This document shows positions 8,416 to 18,776 of a DNA stretch of 64,000 nt, piece by piece. Under the pieces are notes generated by a model. The model saw only the letters and a program-made list of their open reading frames with translations, searched no databases and was not told the origin of the DNA. The stretch is from positions 28,971-92,970 of the forward strand of contig CAITQP010000005.1 of NCBI GenBank assembly GCA_903894565.1, given 5' to 3'. This DNA is from an uncultured bacterium (GTDB taxonomy: Bacteria; Patescibacteriota; Minisyncoccia; Phycocordibacterales; UBA9973). Made by a program: the position numbers and the translations under genes. The first letter of the stretch is position 1. Each line of letters starts with the position of its first letter.

Positions 8416-10656
8416 ATGCTCAAACGAATCGAACTATCTGGATTTAAATCTTTTGCGAAAAAAACAACGCTTACTTTTGATACGCCAATCACGGCAGTCG
8501 TCGGACCGAATGGTTCGGGAAAATCAAACGTCGTTGAGTCTATTCGCTTTGTGCTTGGAGAGCAGAGTATCAAAAGCATGCGAGGCAAGGGCTCTGCCGA
8601 CCTCATTTGGAAAGGTTCAAAATTACTTGCGGGTGGAACGAAGGCACGCGTCTCAATCGCGTTCGACAATTCTGATCGTAAGTTCGCTTTTTCAAATGCG
8701 AGTGGTGCATCCGCTGAACTTGGCTTCGATGAAATCACGCTTTCGCGTGAGGTGACCGCTGATGGGGGAAGTGATTACTTTATCAATGGTACGAATGTTC
8801 GTCTCAAGGATATTACGGAGCTTCTTGGTTCGGTAAATATTGGTTCTTCAGGTCACCATATCATTTCGCAAGGTGAGGCAGATCGACTGCTCAGCGCGTC
8901 TCCAAAGGATCGCCGTGGCATGGTAGAGGACGCACTGGGACTCAAGGTTTACCAGATGCGTATTCGCGACGCAGAACGCAAACTCGAAAAAACAGCGCTC
9001 AATATGCGTGAAGTCCAAGCACTGCGACGTGAACTTGCTCCGCACCTCATATTCCTCGGAAAGCAGGTTGAGAAAATTAAAATGGCAGAAGAACTGCGCA
9101 AGGAATTTGCGGGACTGTATCATGAGTATGCGACATTAGAATCTGCATCGATTCGATTTGCTGAACACGAGCTTCATACAGAGGAGTCACATATCAAACG
9201 TGAGATTGCGAGTATCGAAGATGTGGTGACAAGTAGCACTTCGGGTAAATACGATGCGGAACGTGGAGTGATCCTCGATGAAGTACGAACAGCAGAAAAT
9301 GAACAAAGTAAACTCTTTCGAGAGAAAGAAGAACTTGGTCGTGCACTTGGACGTATTGAAGGTAAGCTTGATGCACTTACAGTTGTCCACGAAGAGACTC
9401 GTGGAGTGACAGTCGTGCCTGTGCGAGACGTGCAGTCACTCTGTGCAGATATCATCGCAACAATAGATACAACGGAGACGATAGAAGAATTGTCTGGCGT
9501 TCGTTCGGCGCTTCTCTCTATGAAGCACAAAATTGCGACATTTACGGATTCACTCAAAGGGCAGAAAGCTCCAGAGATTGATCGCGATTCGATACGAGCT
9601 TCGATTGATCATGAAAAGCAAGCACTCGAATCACGCATGCGCGAGATCGATGTGCTTGTGAGTGCCGTGCGTGATCACGTACAGGTTGCTCGCGAAAAGC
9701 TTGCGAAACTCGAGCAAGAAATTCGTGACAGTGAACGAAGTTCCTACGCAGGTGTCGCCCGTCGAGCTACGCTCGACGGGCAGCTTCGCGAGTGCGCTAT
9801 CCGCATGGAGAATCTCACTCGTCGCAAATCGGTACTTGCCGAAGAGACACGCGAAGCTGAAGCATTGCTCGGTGTGTTGATGCATGGTGTGACTGATGGC
9901 CCGATGAGCGAAGATACGAATGAGAAATTCGCTGAGCGTGAGGCACTTCATCGAAAACTCGAACGTATTAAAATCAAACTCGAAGATGCAGGAGCTGCGA
10001 GTGGGGCAGAAGTCCTCAAAGAATTTGAAGACACTCGTGATCGTGATGCGTTTCTCGCGCGCGAGCTTGTTGATATCGAGGCAAGTATTACTTCGCTTCG
10101 CGCCCTCATTCATGAATTGCGCGATACAATTGAACGTACCTTCAAAGAAGGTATTGAGAAAATCAACGTACAGTTTGGAGACTTTTTCAAACTCATGTTT
10201 GGCGGGGGAGGAGCATTTCTTTCTATCGTTGTTGAACACAAGGCACGTCGTGATGAAGATGGCGATATGATTGATCAGGATTCTGATGCGCTCCCATTTG
10301 AACACGGCATTGAAATCAACGTAAATCTTCCACACAAAAAAGTCCGCGATCTCAATATGCTCTCAGGAGGCGAGCGTTCACTCATTTCGATTGCGCTTCT
10401 CTTTGCGATGAGTCAGGTCAATCCACCACCATTCCTCGTACTCGATGAGACAGACGCTGCGCTCGACGAAGCCAACTCGCGCAAGTACGGCGACATGCTC
10501 ACGCACCTCTCACAGCACTCCAAACTCATCGTGGTCACTCACAATCGTGAGACGATGTCTCGTGCACAAGTACTCTACGGAGTCACGATGGGCCTTGAAG
10601 GCGCATCAAAATTACTCTCCATCAAGTTTGATGAAGCAGTATTGATTGCAAAATAA
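8416..10656 (+). CDS. smc: SMC-family ATPase, short form (746 aa)
   Basis: GFKSF, Walker A GPNGSGKSN, Q-loop IISQG, LSGGE signature, Walker B FLVLDETDAALD; directly follows rnc. Confidence 0.85.
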   Translation: MLKRIELSGFKSFAKKTTLTFDTPITAVVGPNGSGKSNVVESIRFVLGEQSIKSMRGKGSADLIWKGSKLLAGGTKARVSIAFDNSDRKFAFSNASGASAELGFDEITLSREVTADGGSDYFINGTNVRLKDITELLGSVNIGSSGHHIISQGEADRLLSASPKDRRGMVEDALGLKVYQMRIRDAERKLEKTALNMREVQALRRELAPHLIFLGKQVEKIKMAEELRKEFAGLYHEYATLESASIRFAEHELHTEESHIKREIASIEDVVTSSTSGKYDAERGVILDEVRTAENEQSKLFREKEELGRALGRIEGKLDALTVVHEETRGVTVVPVRDVQSLCADIIATIDTTETIEELSGVRSALLSMKHKIATFTDSLKGQKAPEIDRDSIRASIDHEKQALESRMREIDVLVSAVRDHVQVAREKLAKLEQEIRDSERSSYAGVARRATLDGQLRECAIRMENLTRRKSVLAEETREAEALLGVLMHGVTDGPMSEDTNEKFAEREALHRKLERIKIKLEDAGAASGAEVLKEFEDTRDRDAFLARELVDIEASITSLRALIHELRDTIERTFKEGIEKINVQFGDFFKLMFGGGGAFLSIVVEHKARRDEDGDMIDQDSDALPFEHGIEINVNLPHKKVRDLNMLSGGERSLISIALLFAMSQVNPPPFLVLDETDAALDEANSRKYGDMLTHLSQHSKLIVVTHNRETMSRAQVLYGVTMGLEGASKLLSIKFDEAVLIAK

Positions 10657-10660
10657 TTTT

Positions 10661-11698
10661 TTACTTTGTGCTGAGCGAAGGAGCGTAGTTTGAATCGAGA
10701 ATAGTTTCATGAGGCGTCACATCAGTGACGTTTTTTCCTGTGAGCGTTGCGGTGACATAGAGACCATGCGTTGTGTTCGTAGAGAACGGTTGATCGAAGA
10801 TGAAGTTTCCGAGACTGTAGAGGATCGGTGCGCCGTTGTATGCGGCGATATCCTCAGCGACATGAGGATGCGCTCCGACAATCATAACTGCGCCATCATC
10901 AATCGCTTTTTGGGCGAGTGTTTCTTGGCGTGCATTGTGTTTGGTTTGATACTCAACACCAAAGTGGAATGAGACAATCAGTGAGTCGACTTTGGTCGAA
11001 GCCGTGCGTACGATCGAATCGAAATCTGGATCGTTTGCAAGGAGTACGCCAGCCTTTGTGTCTGTTGCAGCACCATCGTCTGGTCCAACATCAGTAAAGC
11101 ACAAGAACCCAACAGTGCGGTCTCCTTTGGTAAAGATTGCTGGAGTCTCTGCTTCTGTTTTGTTCATACCAATACCACATGTTTGTATTCCTCCCGCGCG
11201 AAGTCGCTCGAGTGTATCGACAAGTGCGGGCTCGCCCCAATCTTTGATGTGATTGTTTGCTGATGAGACAACATCGACGCCCGCATCTTTGAGTATGGAA
11301 ACAACTTTTGGATCCATACGGAATGAATACAAGTTGTGACGATCTGCACCGACGTCGCTCACAGGACCTTCGAGGTTTGCAAAAGTAATATCTGTATCTT
11401 TGAGAAAACTGGCATTCGCAAATAGTTTGGAATAATCACCATCAAGATTTTTGTTTACTTTAAACTTTACACCACGGTCGAGCATGATATCTCCGACCAT
11501 ACCGATAGTGATTGAAGTTGGCGCGGGGAGTGATGGAACAAGATTTTGTTGTGTCGCAATAACTGCAGCGGCTTGGTTTAGATCGTTTGTGGCAGGAAAA
11601 GAGAATTGGATATGTTCAAAACCACGCCCTAAAAAGCCTGCGGACAGACCGAGGAAAAGTAATCCAAACAAAAGTTGTTTATCCTTGTACGACTTCAT
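10661..11698 (-). CDS. CapA/PGA_cap family metallophosphoesterase, membrane-anchored
   Basis: VGDIMLDRGV, ANLEGP, ANNHI, HFGVEY, GAHPHV, YSLGNFIFD; N-terminal TM segment. Confidence 0.88.
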   Translation of the reverse strand: MKSYKDKQLLFGLLFLGLSAGFLGRGFEHIQFSFPATNDLNQAAAVIATQQNLVPSLPAPTSITIGMVGDIMLDRGVKFKVNKNLDGDYSKLFANASFLKDTDITFANLEGPVSDVGADRHNLYSFRMDPKVVSILKDAGVDVVSSANNHIKDWGEPALVDTLERLRAGGIQTCGIGMNKTEAETPAIFTKGDRTVGFLCFTDVGPDDGAATDTKAGVLLANDPDFDSIVRTASTKVDSLIVSFHFGVEYQTKHNARQETLAQKAIDDGAVMIVGAHPHVAEDIAAYNGAPILYSLGNFIFDQPFSTNTTHGLYVTATLTGKNVTDVTPHETILDSNYAPSLSTK

Positions 11699-13763
11699 AG
11701 TCAATCTGTCGGCGCTCTGGATCAGCACGAACGATTTTCACTTGTATTGTATCACCAATTCGATATTTTTTTTGCGAAATTTGTCCGGTCAATGTAGCGA
11801 GTCGAGGATTGAGACTGAATGGTTCATTCGCAAGTGTGCGAAGAGAGATGAGGCCTTCAGCTGTGGTCTCCTTGTCTCGTACATAGATGCCCCATTCAGC
11901 GATACCGGTAATCATTCCAGTAATTGTTTCGCCAACTTTTGTTGCCATGTATTCAGTGAGTTTGAATTTTACACTCTCGCGTTCTGCGTCAGCTGCGCGC
12001 ACTTCTGCCATCGAACACAGTCGCGCTACGCGCTCGTACGTCTTGCGTGCATTTGCAGGAGCTGGTTTGCCTGCGAGTGCATAGCGGAGCAAGCGATGAA
12101 TGACGAGGTCAGGATAGCGACGAATTGGGGAAGTAAAATGCGTGTAGTGTTTGAATTGCAAACCGTAGTGACCAATATTTTTGGTTGTGTACACAGCTTT
12201 GGCCATGGAACGAATCACAAAAGTGAGCGCGGTTTGTTTCAAGTCACCAGCTTCGAATGCATGAATGACATCACTGATCGCGCGAGGATCGAGCGATCCA
12301 TCTTTGCGGAGCGGAATCGGGTGACCGATTGAGCGCATGAAGAAGGCGAGGTCCTCGGCCTTTTCTGTTGTTGGCTGGTCGTGTGTTCGGTAGATGACAG
12401 AGTATTCACATTCGCCGTTCGGATTTGGTTTTCCTCCAGCTTTTTTAGATTTGCCACCACGCTCGAGGAATTCGGCGATGCGACGATTGGCAAGGAGCAT
12501 GAGCTCTTCAATCAATGTGTGACTTTCGGTGCGGATTTTTTTTACAATTTTGATTGGCTTGCCCGTCTCATCAATGATGACTTTGATTTCTTCTTGTTCG
12601 AGGATGAGTGCGCCTTCGTCGATACGTCCTTTGCCAAGCTTGCGTGCGATGCCGGCTGCAATCATTACTTCCTCGCGGAATTTGTGCGGTGCGCCATCAA
12701 GGACTTCTTGAGCTGATTCATACGTGAAGCGTTGTGCAGAATGAATGACGGTTGGTCCAAACCACGCGCCTTTTTCTTCGCCATCTGGTCCGAAGGTAAC
12801 GACGGCACTCATCGTGAGGCGGTCAACATCGGGAAGCAGGGAACACAAGTCGTCAGAGAGTACGCGTGGGAGCATTGGGATCGTGCGGTCGACGAGATAC
12901 ACAGACGTGCCACGTTCTATCGCTTCACGATCAAGTTCAGTTTTGGGCTGTACGTAATGCGAAACGTCGGCAATATGAATTCCGATTTCGACGTCACCGT
13001 TTGCAAGTTTCTCAACGGAAATTGCGTCGTCAAAATCTTTTGCATCGTATGGATCAATCGTGAATGTTACAATCTTGCGAAAATCACGACGATCGCGGAG
13101 GTCGTCGAGGGTTATACCACGCGCGTCGATAGCTTTTGCTTCGACGAGAACTTCGTCAGGAAATGCTTCGGTGAATCCGCGCTCAAGTGCAATGGCCTGC
13201 ATTTCTGTTTCGTGTTCACCTGGTTTGCCGAGGAGACGAACGACGCGACCAATCGGCGCAACATTTTGATTTTTCCATTCAGTCATTTCGACATACACAC
13301 GATCTCCCGGACGCGCATCAAGTGCCATGTCTTTTTGGATCGAAATATTTGCGTACATTTTTGGATCGGAAGCTTTGAGGATGTATGAATTGCCGAGTTG
13401 CGCGAGTACGCCAGTGAATTGTGTTTTGGCACGCATTACGATCTCGGTAATTCGACCGATGGTTTCTTTGGTAGGAGCACCTGTCGTGATTGATGGGCGA
13501 GTGGCTTTTGATCCCGTCACAACGACTTTGACTTCGTCGCCATGGAGTGCCATATTCATGTCGTTTTCAAACACACGAATGCCATCTTTGTATTCTTCGC
13601 ATTTGACGATACCACCTCCGCGACCAAGTACGACGAGCGTACCCTCAATGATTTTCTGAGGTCGGGCATGGTTCTTTGTTTGCGTTTTGTTTTCGTGAGA
13701 GGCTCGAGCGGAATGGTGCGGACGAGGGGCGTGCTTGTCTCCGCCTTGATGAGGTTTTTTCAT
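11679..13763 (-). CDS. rnr: Ribonuclease R
   Basis: TIDPYDAKDFDDA, HIADVSHYV, YTHFTSPIRRYPD and a C-terminal S1 domain. Confidence 0.96.
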   Translation of the reverse strand: MKKPHQGGDKHAPRPHHSARASHENKTQTKNHARPQKIIEGTLVVLGRGGGIVKCEEYKDGIRVFENDMNMALHGDEVKVVVTGSKATRPSITTGAPTKETIGRITEIVMRAKTQFTGVLAQLGNSYILKASDPKMYANISIQKDMALDARPGDRVYVEMTEWKNQNVAPIGRVVRLLGKPGEHETEMQAIALERGFTEAFPDEVLVEAKAIDARGITLDDLRDRRDFRKIVTFTIDPYDAKDFDDAISVEKLANGDVEIGIHIADVSHYVQPKTELDREAIERGTSVYLVDRTIPMLPRVLSDDLCSLLPDVDRLTMSAVVTFGPDGEEKGAWFGPTVIHSAQRFTYESAQEVLDGAPHKFREEVMIAAGIARKLGKGRIDEGALILEQEEIKVIIDETGKPIKIVKKIRTESHTLIEELMLLANRRIAEFLERGGKSKKAGGKPNPNGECEYSVIYRTHDQPTTEKAEDLAFFMRSIGHPIPLRKDGSLDPRAISDVIHAFEAGDLKQTALTFVIRSMAKAVYTTKNIGHYGLQFKHYTHFTSPIRRYPDLVIHRLLRYALAGKPAPANARKTYERVARLCSMAEVRAADAERESVKFKLTEYMATKVGETITGMITGIAEWGIYVRDKETTAEGLISLRTLANEPFSLNPRLATLTGQISQKKYRIGDTIQVKIVRADPERRQIDYEVVQG

Positions 13764-13844
13764 ATATATGTACTATACCATTTTAGGAGACAAAAACACG
13801 ATTTCTTGCCTTTTTTCTGAATTCTGGTAGTATACCTCTCACAT

Positions 13845-14150
13845 ATGTTAATGATCCGAATGCAACGAATAGGTCGCAAGAACGAGGCGCATTTCCGCAT
13901 CGTTTTGACCGATCACAAGAACGCAGCAAAGTCTGGTAAATTCCAGGAGATTCTTGGTGCCTACAACCCAAAGGCTGGGGAGGTCACTATCAAAGAAGAT
14001 CGTGTAAAGCACTGGATGAGTGTTGGTGCTCAGCCATCTGACACTGTTTATAACTTCCTCGTCACAAAGGGTATCGTTGTCGGAAAGAAAAAGAACGTAC
14101 TCTCACGCAAGGCTCCAACTAAGAAGCGCAAAGAACTCAAAGCTGCGTAA
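13845..14150 (+). CDS. rpsP: 30S ribosomal protein S16
   Basis: IRMQRIGRKN...EILGAYNP...GAQPSDTV. Confidence 0.97.
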   Translation: MLMIRMQRIGRKNEAHFRIVLTDHKNAAKSGKFQEILGAYNPKAGEVTIKEDRVKHWMSVGAQPSDTVYNFLVTKGIVVGKKKNVLSRKAPTKKRKELKAA

Positions 14151-14163
14151 TTGTAACGCAGTG

Positions 14164-14248
14164 TGGGCGCGAAAAAAATAAAGGTACTAAAAAACACGGT
14201 CGACCCATTCCTCCGTGTTTTTTAGTACCTTTATTTTTTTCGCGCCCA
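14164..14248. repeat. 36-bp perfect inverted repeat (terminator-like)
   Basis: Arms 14164-14199 and 14213-14248 are exactly complementary, with a 13-nt loop. Confidence 0.9.
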
Positions 14249-14357
14249 AACGACTTTCCAAAAATGCTGATGTGAGGTATTATGCTTCCTAAGCAGTAGG
14301 GTCGGAACTATTGCATAGTATATGTATTGCATTAACAGAATTTCAGTTTAGTACACC

Positions 14358-14669
14358 ATGGAACAGGATACAGCATTTCTTGAATACGTAGTAAAAGCAC
14401 TCGTCGACAACCCTAATGATGTGAAGATCGAGCGTACCGTCGATGAGATGGGCGTGCTCGTGAAGCTCACCGTCAACCCCGCAGATATGGGCAAGATCAT
14501 CGGCCGCCAAGGCAACACAGCTAAGGCTATCCGCACATTGCTCCGTGTCATCGGCATGAAGAATAATTCGCGCGTCAATTTGAAGATCAACGAACCAGAT
14601 GGCGGTACAAAAGCTGCTGGAATCGAAGAGACTTTTGATGAGGCAATGGCTGATTTGAAGAACATGTAG
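14358..14669 (+). CDS. khpA: KH-domain RNA-binding protein (KhpA/YlqC family)
   Basis: ALVDNPNDV...DMGKIIGRQGNTAKAIRTLL (GxxG loop); lies downstream of rpsP as in many bacteria. Confidence 0.92.
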   Translation: MEQDTAFLEYVVKALVDNPNDVKIERTVDEMGVLVKLTVNPADMGKIIGRQGNTAKAIRTLLRVIGMKNNSRVNLKINEPDGGTKAAGIEETFDEAMADLKNM

Positions 14670-14692
14670 TTTTGGAATTAGGAATATTTTTG

Positions 14693-14726
14693 AAGCAAAA
14701 GACACCCGTAAGGGTGTTTTTTGCTT
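14693..14726 (+). terminator. Intrinsic terminator after khpA
   Basis: AAGCAAAAGACACCC-GTAA-GGGTGTTTTTTGCTT hairpin with a T-tract. Confidence 0.7.
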
Positions 14727-14810
14727 GTGTAAAAAAAATGGAATAGTTACAATAGTAATTATTACTATTATTCCTTGCGAACCGTAGGTAGGTTCACAAG
14801 TCAGTATGAT

Positions 14811-16145
14811 ATGAGTTTTTGGAATAACCCCGAAAATAACGCAGTAAAGGTTTTGCTTCTTGTTGTTGTTTTGGCGGGTGCTGGTTTTTTTGTGGTAAAT
14901 GGTGCTCATTCGGGTACTGGAAGTGCGACTGGTCAAGTTATTGTTGCTTCACAAACAAGTACACAATCACCTGCAGGAATGCTTCCTCCTGGTGTTGGAG
15001 CTGTTAATTCAATTGGTGTACCAGCGAATGCTCCGACTACGCCAAGTGGCTCGTCTACAACTGGTACTACTACTGGTGGTGGAGTAGGTGCTGGTACGAG
15101 CGGTACTGGAGCTACACCACCAACAGCAACTCTCTTTCCAGCGATTAATATTGGAGCAAATCCTACTGGATCACTCGCTTCTGCAATGAAGGTCTTGTAC
15201 GTTCAAGGAACGTCAGTCTTTGCAGGTGGTGTAGGCATCCGCGGACAGCTCGGTGTGGCTCAGAATGATGGGAGTACTGTCTCAACGAGCGCTCCTGGAT
15301 ATAACACTATCTATGTACAAGGCGTTCCTGTTTGTTTGAGAGATGGTTCAAACTGTCCTCAGTCAGGCGCTTCGATGGGATCAAATAATGCAGGTACAGC
15401 AGCTGCTCCTTCATCTGTTTTGCCTTTTACATCAAAAGGACCAGTCACTTCACAAGGAGCTTGGATTGGTTGGAATAATCTTACCGGTGGTACTGGTGAG
15501 ACAGATTTCATTAATAATAAAGGTGAGGGTACGGGAGGATTCGCATTTATGAATGGAGGCAATGGTAGTCCATCTGCACCATCTGAGAAAGTTCTCGGTA
15601 CGCTCGATGACACAGGAACATTGTCTGTCCCTGGTTCAGTAAATGCTTTGAACGAATCTCATTTTGGAGTTGGAGGAAAATATATCGATCCAGCTCCAGG
15701 TGTTCCAGTTGCATTGAAGGCAAATTCAATCGCGACAGGAAAATTGGTTGTGGATGGTGAAGTACCAATTATGCGTATTAACCCTGCTTGTTTTGAAGGG
15801 GACACAAAATGGTTTAATCCGTTTCCTATGCCTTTTGATTCAAATACTCTCTCGAATATGTTTATTGGTACGGTTTCTCTTCCGTTTCAGATATTAAATC
15901 AAGCCGGAATTCTTGCTAAAAATTTATTGAACGTAGTTTTTGGCGGAGGAAATAACTGGAACGACAGCATCTTGAAATCTTCAGTTATACTTACAACAAG
16001 TACTGGTTGTTATAACAAGAATGGAACATATTATAGTAATGCCGATTATGGAATTTTCGGGTTCGTTCTTCCTGGTATTCCACCAAAGAATGCTAGTACA
16101 GATATAATCAATAAATACACATTACTTGGTACGGGGCATAAATAA
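14811..16145 (+). CDS. Membrane-anchored Gly/Thr/Ser-rich surface protein with tail-fibre-like segment
   Basis: N-terminal TM (VLLLVVVLAGAGFFVV), low-complexity T/G/P stalk, and a QGAWIGWNNLTGGTGETDFINNKGEGTGGFAF segment. Confidence 0.7.
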   Translation: MSFWNNPENNAVKVLLLVVVLAGAGFFVVNGAHSGTGSATGQVIVASQTSTQSPAGMLPPGVGAVNSIGVPANAPTTPSGSSTTGTTTGGGVGAGTSGTGATPPTATLFPAINIGANPTGSLASAMKVLYVQGTSVFAGGVGIRGQLGVAQNDGSTVSTSAPGYNTIYVQGVPVCLRDGSNCPQSGASMGSNNAGTAAAPSSVLPFTSKGPVTSQGAWIGWNNLTGGTGETDFINNKGEGTGGFAFMNGGNGSPSAPSEKVLGTLDDTGTLSVPGSVNALNESHFGVGGKYIDPAPGVPVALKANSIATGKLVVDGEVPIMRINPACFEGDTKWFNPFPMPFDSNTLSNMFIGTVSLPFQILNQAGILAKNLLNVVFGGGNNWNDSILKSSVILTTSTGCYNKNGTYYSNADYGIFGFVLPGIPPKNASTDIINKYTLLGTGHK

Positions 16146-16163
16146 AGAGAGGTAGTTGAGGAA

Positions 16164-16191
16164 AAAAGGCCGCGCGTACGCGCGGCCTTTT
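16164..16191. terminator. 28-bp perfect palindrome/terminator
   Basis: AAAAGGCCGCGCGTACGCGCGGCCTTTT. Confidence 0.75.
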
Positions 16192-16262
16192 GTATTTGCG
16201 TATTCGAGGAAATAGTGTTATTGTTGTAGGGTAATTGGCCCCACGGGGCTCTTATTTTATAT

Positions 16263-18056
16263 ATGGACAAAAAAGATATCAGAAATATAGCTATTATCGC
16301 ACACGTTGACCACGGCAAGACCACTCTTACCGATGCTCTTTTGAAGTTTACGGGAGCCGTCGACGCAACCGCTTCAAGTATGGATTCGAACGATCTTGAA
16401 AAGGAGCGTGGTATCACGATCTATTCAAAGAACTGTTCACTCATGTACAAGGGCACAAAGATCAACATCGTTGATACTCCAGGACACGCCGACTTCGGTT
16501 CTGAAGTTGAACGCGTGCTCCGCTCAATCGATACTGTCCTTCTCATTGTTGACGCACAAGAAGGTCCAATGCCACAGACACGATTCGTGCTCAAGAAGTC
16601 ACTCGAACTCGGTCTCAAGCCAATCGTCGTTGTGAACAAAATCGACAAGCCAGCTGCAAACCCAGAACAAGTTCATGAACAAGTCCTCGAACTCTTTCTT
16701 GAGCTTGGAGCAAACGATGAACAGCTCGATTTCAAAACTATCTTCGCAATCGGACGACAGGGAATCGCAAAGCGCAATCTCGCTGATGATTCAAAAGATC
16801 TCGCACCGCTTCTTGATATGGTTCTCGAACTTGTTCCATCAGCGACTCGTGATGTGAATGCTCCAGCATGTGCACAAGTATTCAACCTTGCATATGACTC
16901 ATTCCTCGGACGTCTCGCTATTGCGCGTGTCTATGATGGAACGCTCAAAGATGGCTCCACTATTTTTGTAAAACATGGAGACACAACTCGTCAGGCAAAA
17001 ATCACAAAAATGTTTTCATTCATAGGACAGAAACGTGAACCAGTTACTGAGCTCGTCTCAGGAGACATTGGTATCGTTGCTGGTATTTCAGATGTGTACA
17101 TCGGAGAAACAATCGCCGGAGACAATTCTGTCACCGCGCTTCCAACAATCTCGATTGACGAACCAACAATCACACTCAGTTTCCTCGTGAACGACTCACC
17201 ATTCGCAGGACGCGATGGAAAATTTGTTACATCACGTCAGATTCGCGATCGTCTCGAACGTGAACTGCAGGTCAACGTTGGTCTCAAAGTTGACTTTGAT
17301 TCTGAAGCAACATTTCAAGTATCAGGTCGTGGAGAACTCCACGTTGCTGTGCTCCTCGAACAGATGCGTCGTGAAGGATTTGAAATGCAAGTATCTCAGC
17401 CAAAGGCAATCACCAAAGAGGTTGATGGCGTAAAGAACGAACCATACGAAGAAGCAACTGTTGATGTTCCAATGGAATTTTCAGGAGCAGTTATCGAAAC
17501 ACTTACCAAGCGTCGTGGTTTGCTCACTTCAATGACAGAAAAAGAAGGCATTGCGCGTATCCTTATCGAAATCCCAACTCGTGGATTGCTCGGTTACCGA
17601 AACCAATTCGTGATTGATACAAAGGGAGAAGGAATTCTTGCTTCACGCGTGATCGGGTTCCGTCCATGGGCGGGTGAGATTAAGAAGAAGGAAGTTGGTG
17701 CTATGGTCTCGATGATCACAGGGTTTGCCGCTGGATTCTCCATCTGGAATCTTCAAGATCGCGGTGTGATGTATATCGTCCACAACACTGAAGTGTACGA
17801 AGGAATGATCGTTGGAAACACATCGAAGGGCGAAGATATGATGGTGAATCCGATCAAAGGAAAGGCACTTTCAAACGTTCGTTCATCAGGAACCGACGAG
17901 GCAATGTATCTCAACCCAGCATGGGAACTCACGATCGAACGCGGTCTTGAAGTCATGAACCATGACGAATATCTCGAAGTTACTCCTCATTTTGTGCGCT
18001 TGCGCAAAAAGTTACTCACAGAGACTGAGCGATCACGTGGATCTCGAAATCAATAA
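16263..18056 (+). CDS. typA: Translational GTPase TypA/BipA
   Basis: [43 protein letters not shown]. Confidence 0.97.
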   Translation: MDKKDIRNIAIIAHVDHGKTTLTDALLKFTGAVDATASSMDSNDLEKERGITIYSKNCSLMYKGTKINIVDTPGHADFGSEVERVLRSIDTVLLIVDAQEGPMPQTRFVLKKSLELGLKPIVVVNKIDKPAANPEQVHEQVLELFLELGANDEQLDFKTIFAIGRQGIAKRNLADDSKDLAPLLDMVLELVPSATRDVNAPACAQVFNLAYDSFLGRLAIARVYDGTLKDGSTIFVKHGDTTRQAKITKMFSFIGQKREPVTELVSGDIGIVAGISDVYIGETIAGDNSVTALPTISIDEPTITLSFLVNDSPFAGRDGKFVTSRQIRDRLERELQVNVGLKVDFDSEATFQVSGRGELHVAVLLEQMRREGFEMQVSQPKAITKEVDGVKNEPYEEATVDVPMEFSGAVIETLTKRRGLLTSMTEKEGIARILIEIPTRGLLGYRNQFVIDTKGEGILASRVIGFRPWAGEIKKKEVGAMVSMITGFAAGFSIWNLQDRGVMYIVHNTEVYEGMIVGNTSKGEDMMVNPIKGKALSNVRSSGTDEAMYLNPAWELTIERGLEVMNHDEYLEVTPHFVRLRKKLLTETERSRGSRNQ

Positions 18057-18065
18057 ATTATAAGT

Positions 18066-18093
18066 GAAAAATTCCGCGTACGCGGAATTTTTC
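18066..18093. terminator. 28-bp perfect palindrome/terminator
   Basis: GAAAAATTCCGCGTACGCGGAATTTTTC. Confidence 0.7.
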
Positions 18094-18113
18094 GTAACTG
18101 TTATACTCATATT

Positions 18114-18734
18114 ATGTCATTCATCAACAATCTCAACTGGCGTTACGCCACCAAACAATTTAATGGAAATATTGTAGGCGATGTACAGCTCGATACAATT
18201 CTCGAGGCAATTCGTCTCGCTCCATCGGCAACGGGGATGCAACCATATCATATCGTTGTTGCACACGGTGCAATGAAGGACAAACTCATTGAGTCTTCAG
18301 GACAGGTTGCGAAAATGGGTGCTTCACATCTTCTTGTTTTTTGTTCACGTACAGATTATCCCGCACGCGGAGAGCAGCAGATTGCGAATACAGCACAGAT
18401 ACAAGGAGTGACGACTGAATCACTCGAGGGACTTAAGAAGATGGTGTGGATGTCCTTTGAGTCAAAAACTCCTGAAAAGCTTATTGCCTGGGCAGAACGA
18501 CAAGTCTATATTGCACTTGGATTCGCTCTTGCTGCATGTGCTGAGCTTGAGATCGACGCAGCTCCTATGGAAGGATTTAAGCCTGACGCATTTCAAGAAA
18601 TACTCGGGTTGCCCGCGTCAATCCACCCTGTTGTGATTATGGCTATTGGTCATCGTGATCCAGAAGATAGTGCTCAGCCAAGCAAACGCGCGAAAGTTCG
18701 ATTTCCAAAAGACGACTTGTTTTCGTTTCAGTAA
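18114..18734 (+). CDS. Nitroreductase family (NfsB-like) flavoprotein
   Basis: WRYATKQF, RLAPSATGMQPY, DAAPMEGF, KVRFP. Confidence 0.9.
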   Translation: MSFINNLNWRYATKQFNGNIVGDVQLDTILEAIRLAPSATGMQPYHIVVAHGAMKDKLIESSGQVAKMGASHLLVFCSRTDYPARGEQQIANTAQIQGVTTESLEGLKKMVWMSFESKTPEKLIAWAERQVYIALGFALAACAELEIDAAPMEGFKPDAFQEILGLPASIHPVVIMAIGHRDPEDSAQPSKRAKVRFPKDDLFSFQ

Positions 18735-18776
18735 AACTCTTTATTATTCATAACTCAATTGATATACTAAATTCAC

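Noticed and set aside
11451-13388. Long antisense ORFs (293 aa, 218 aa) and similar shadow ORFs across dnaE, smc, rpoB and mreB
   Set aside because: They lie opposite well-supported genes, show no recognisable motifs, and are expected from codon bias.
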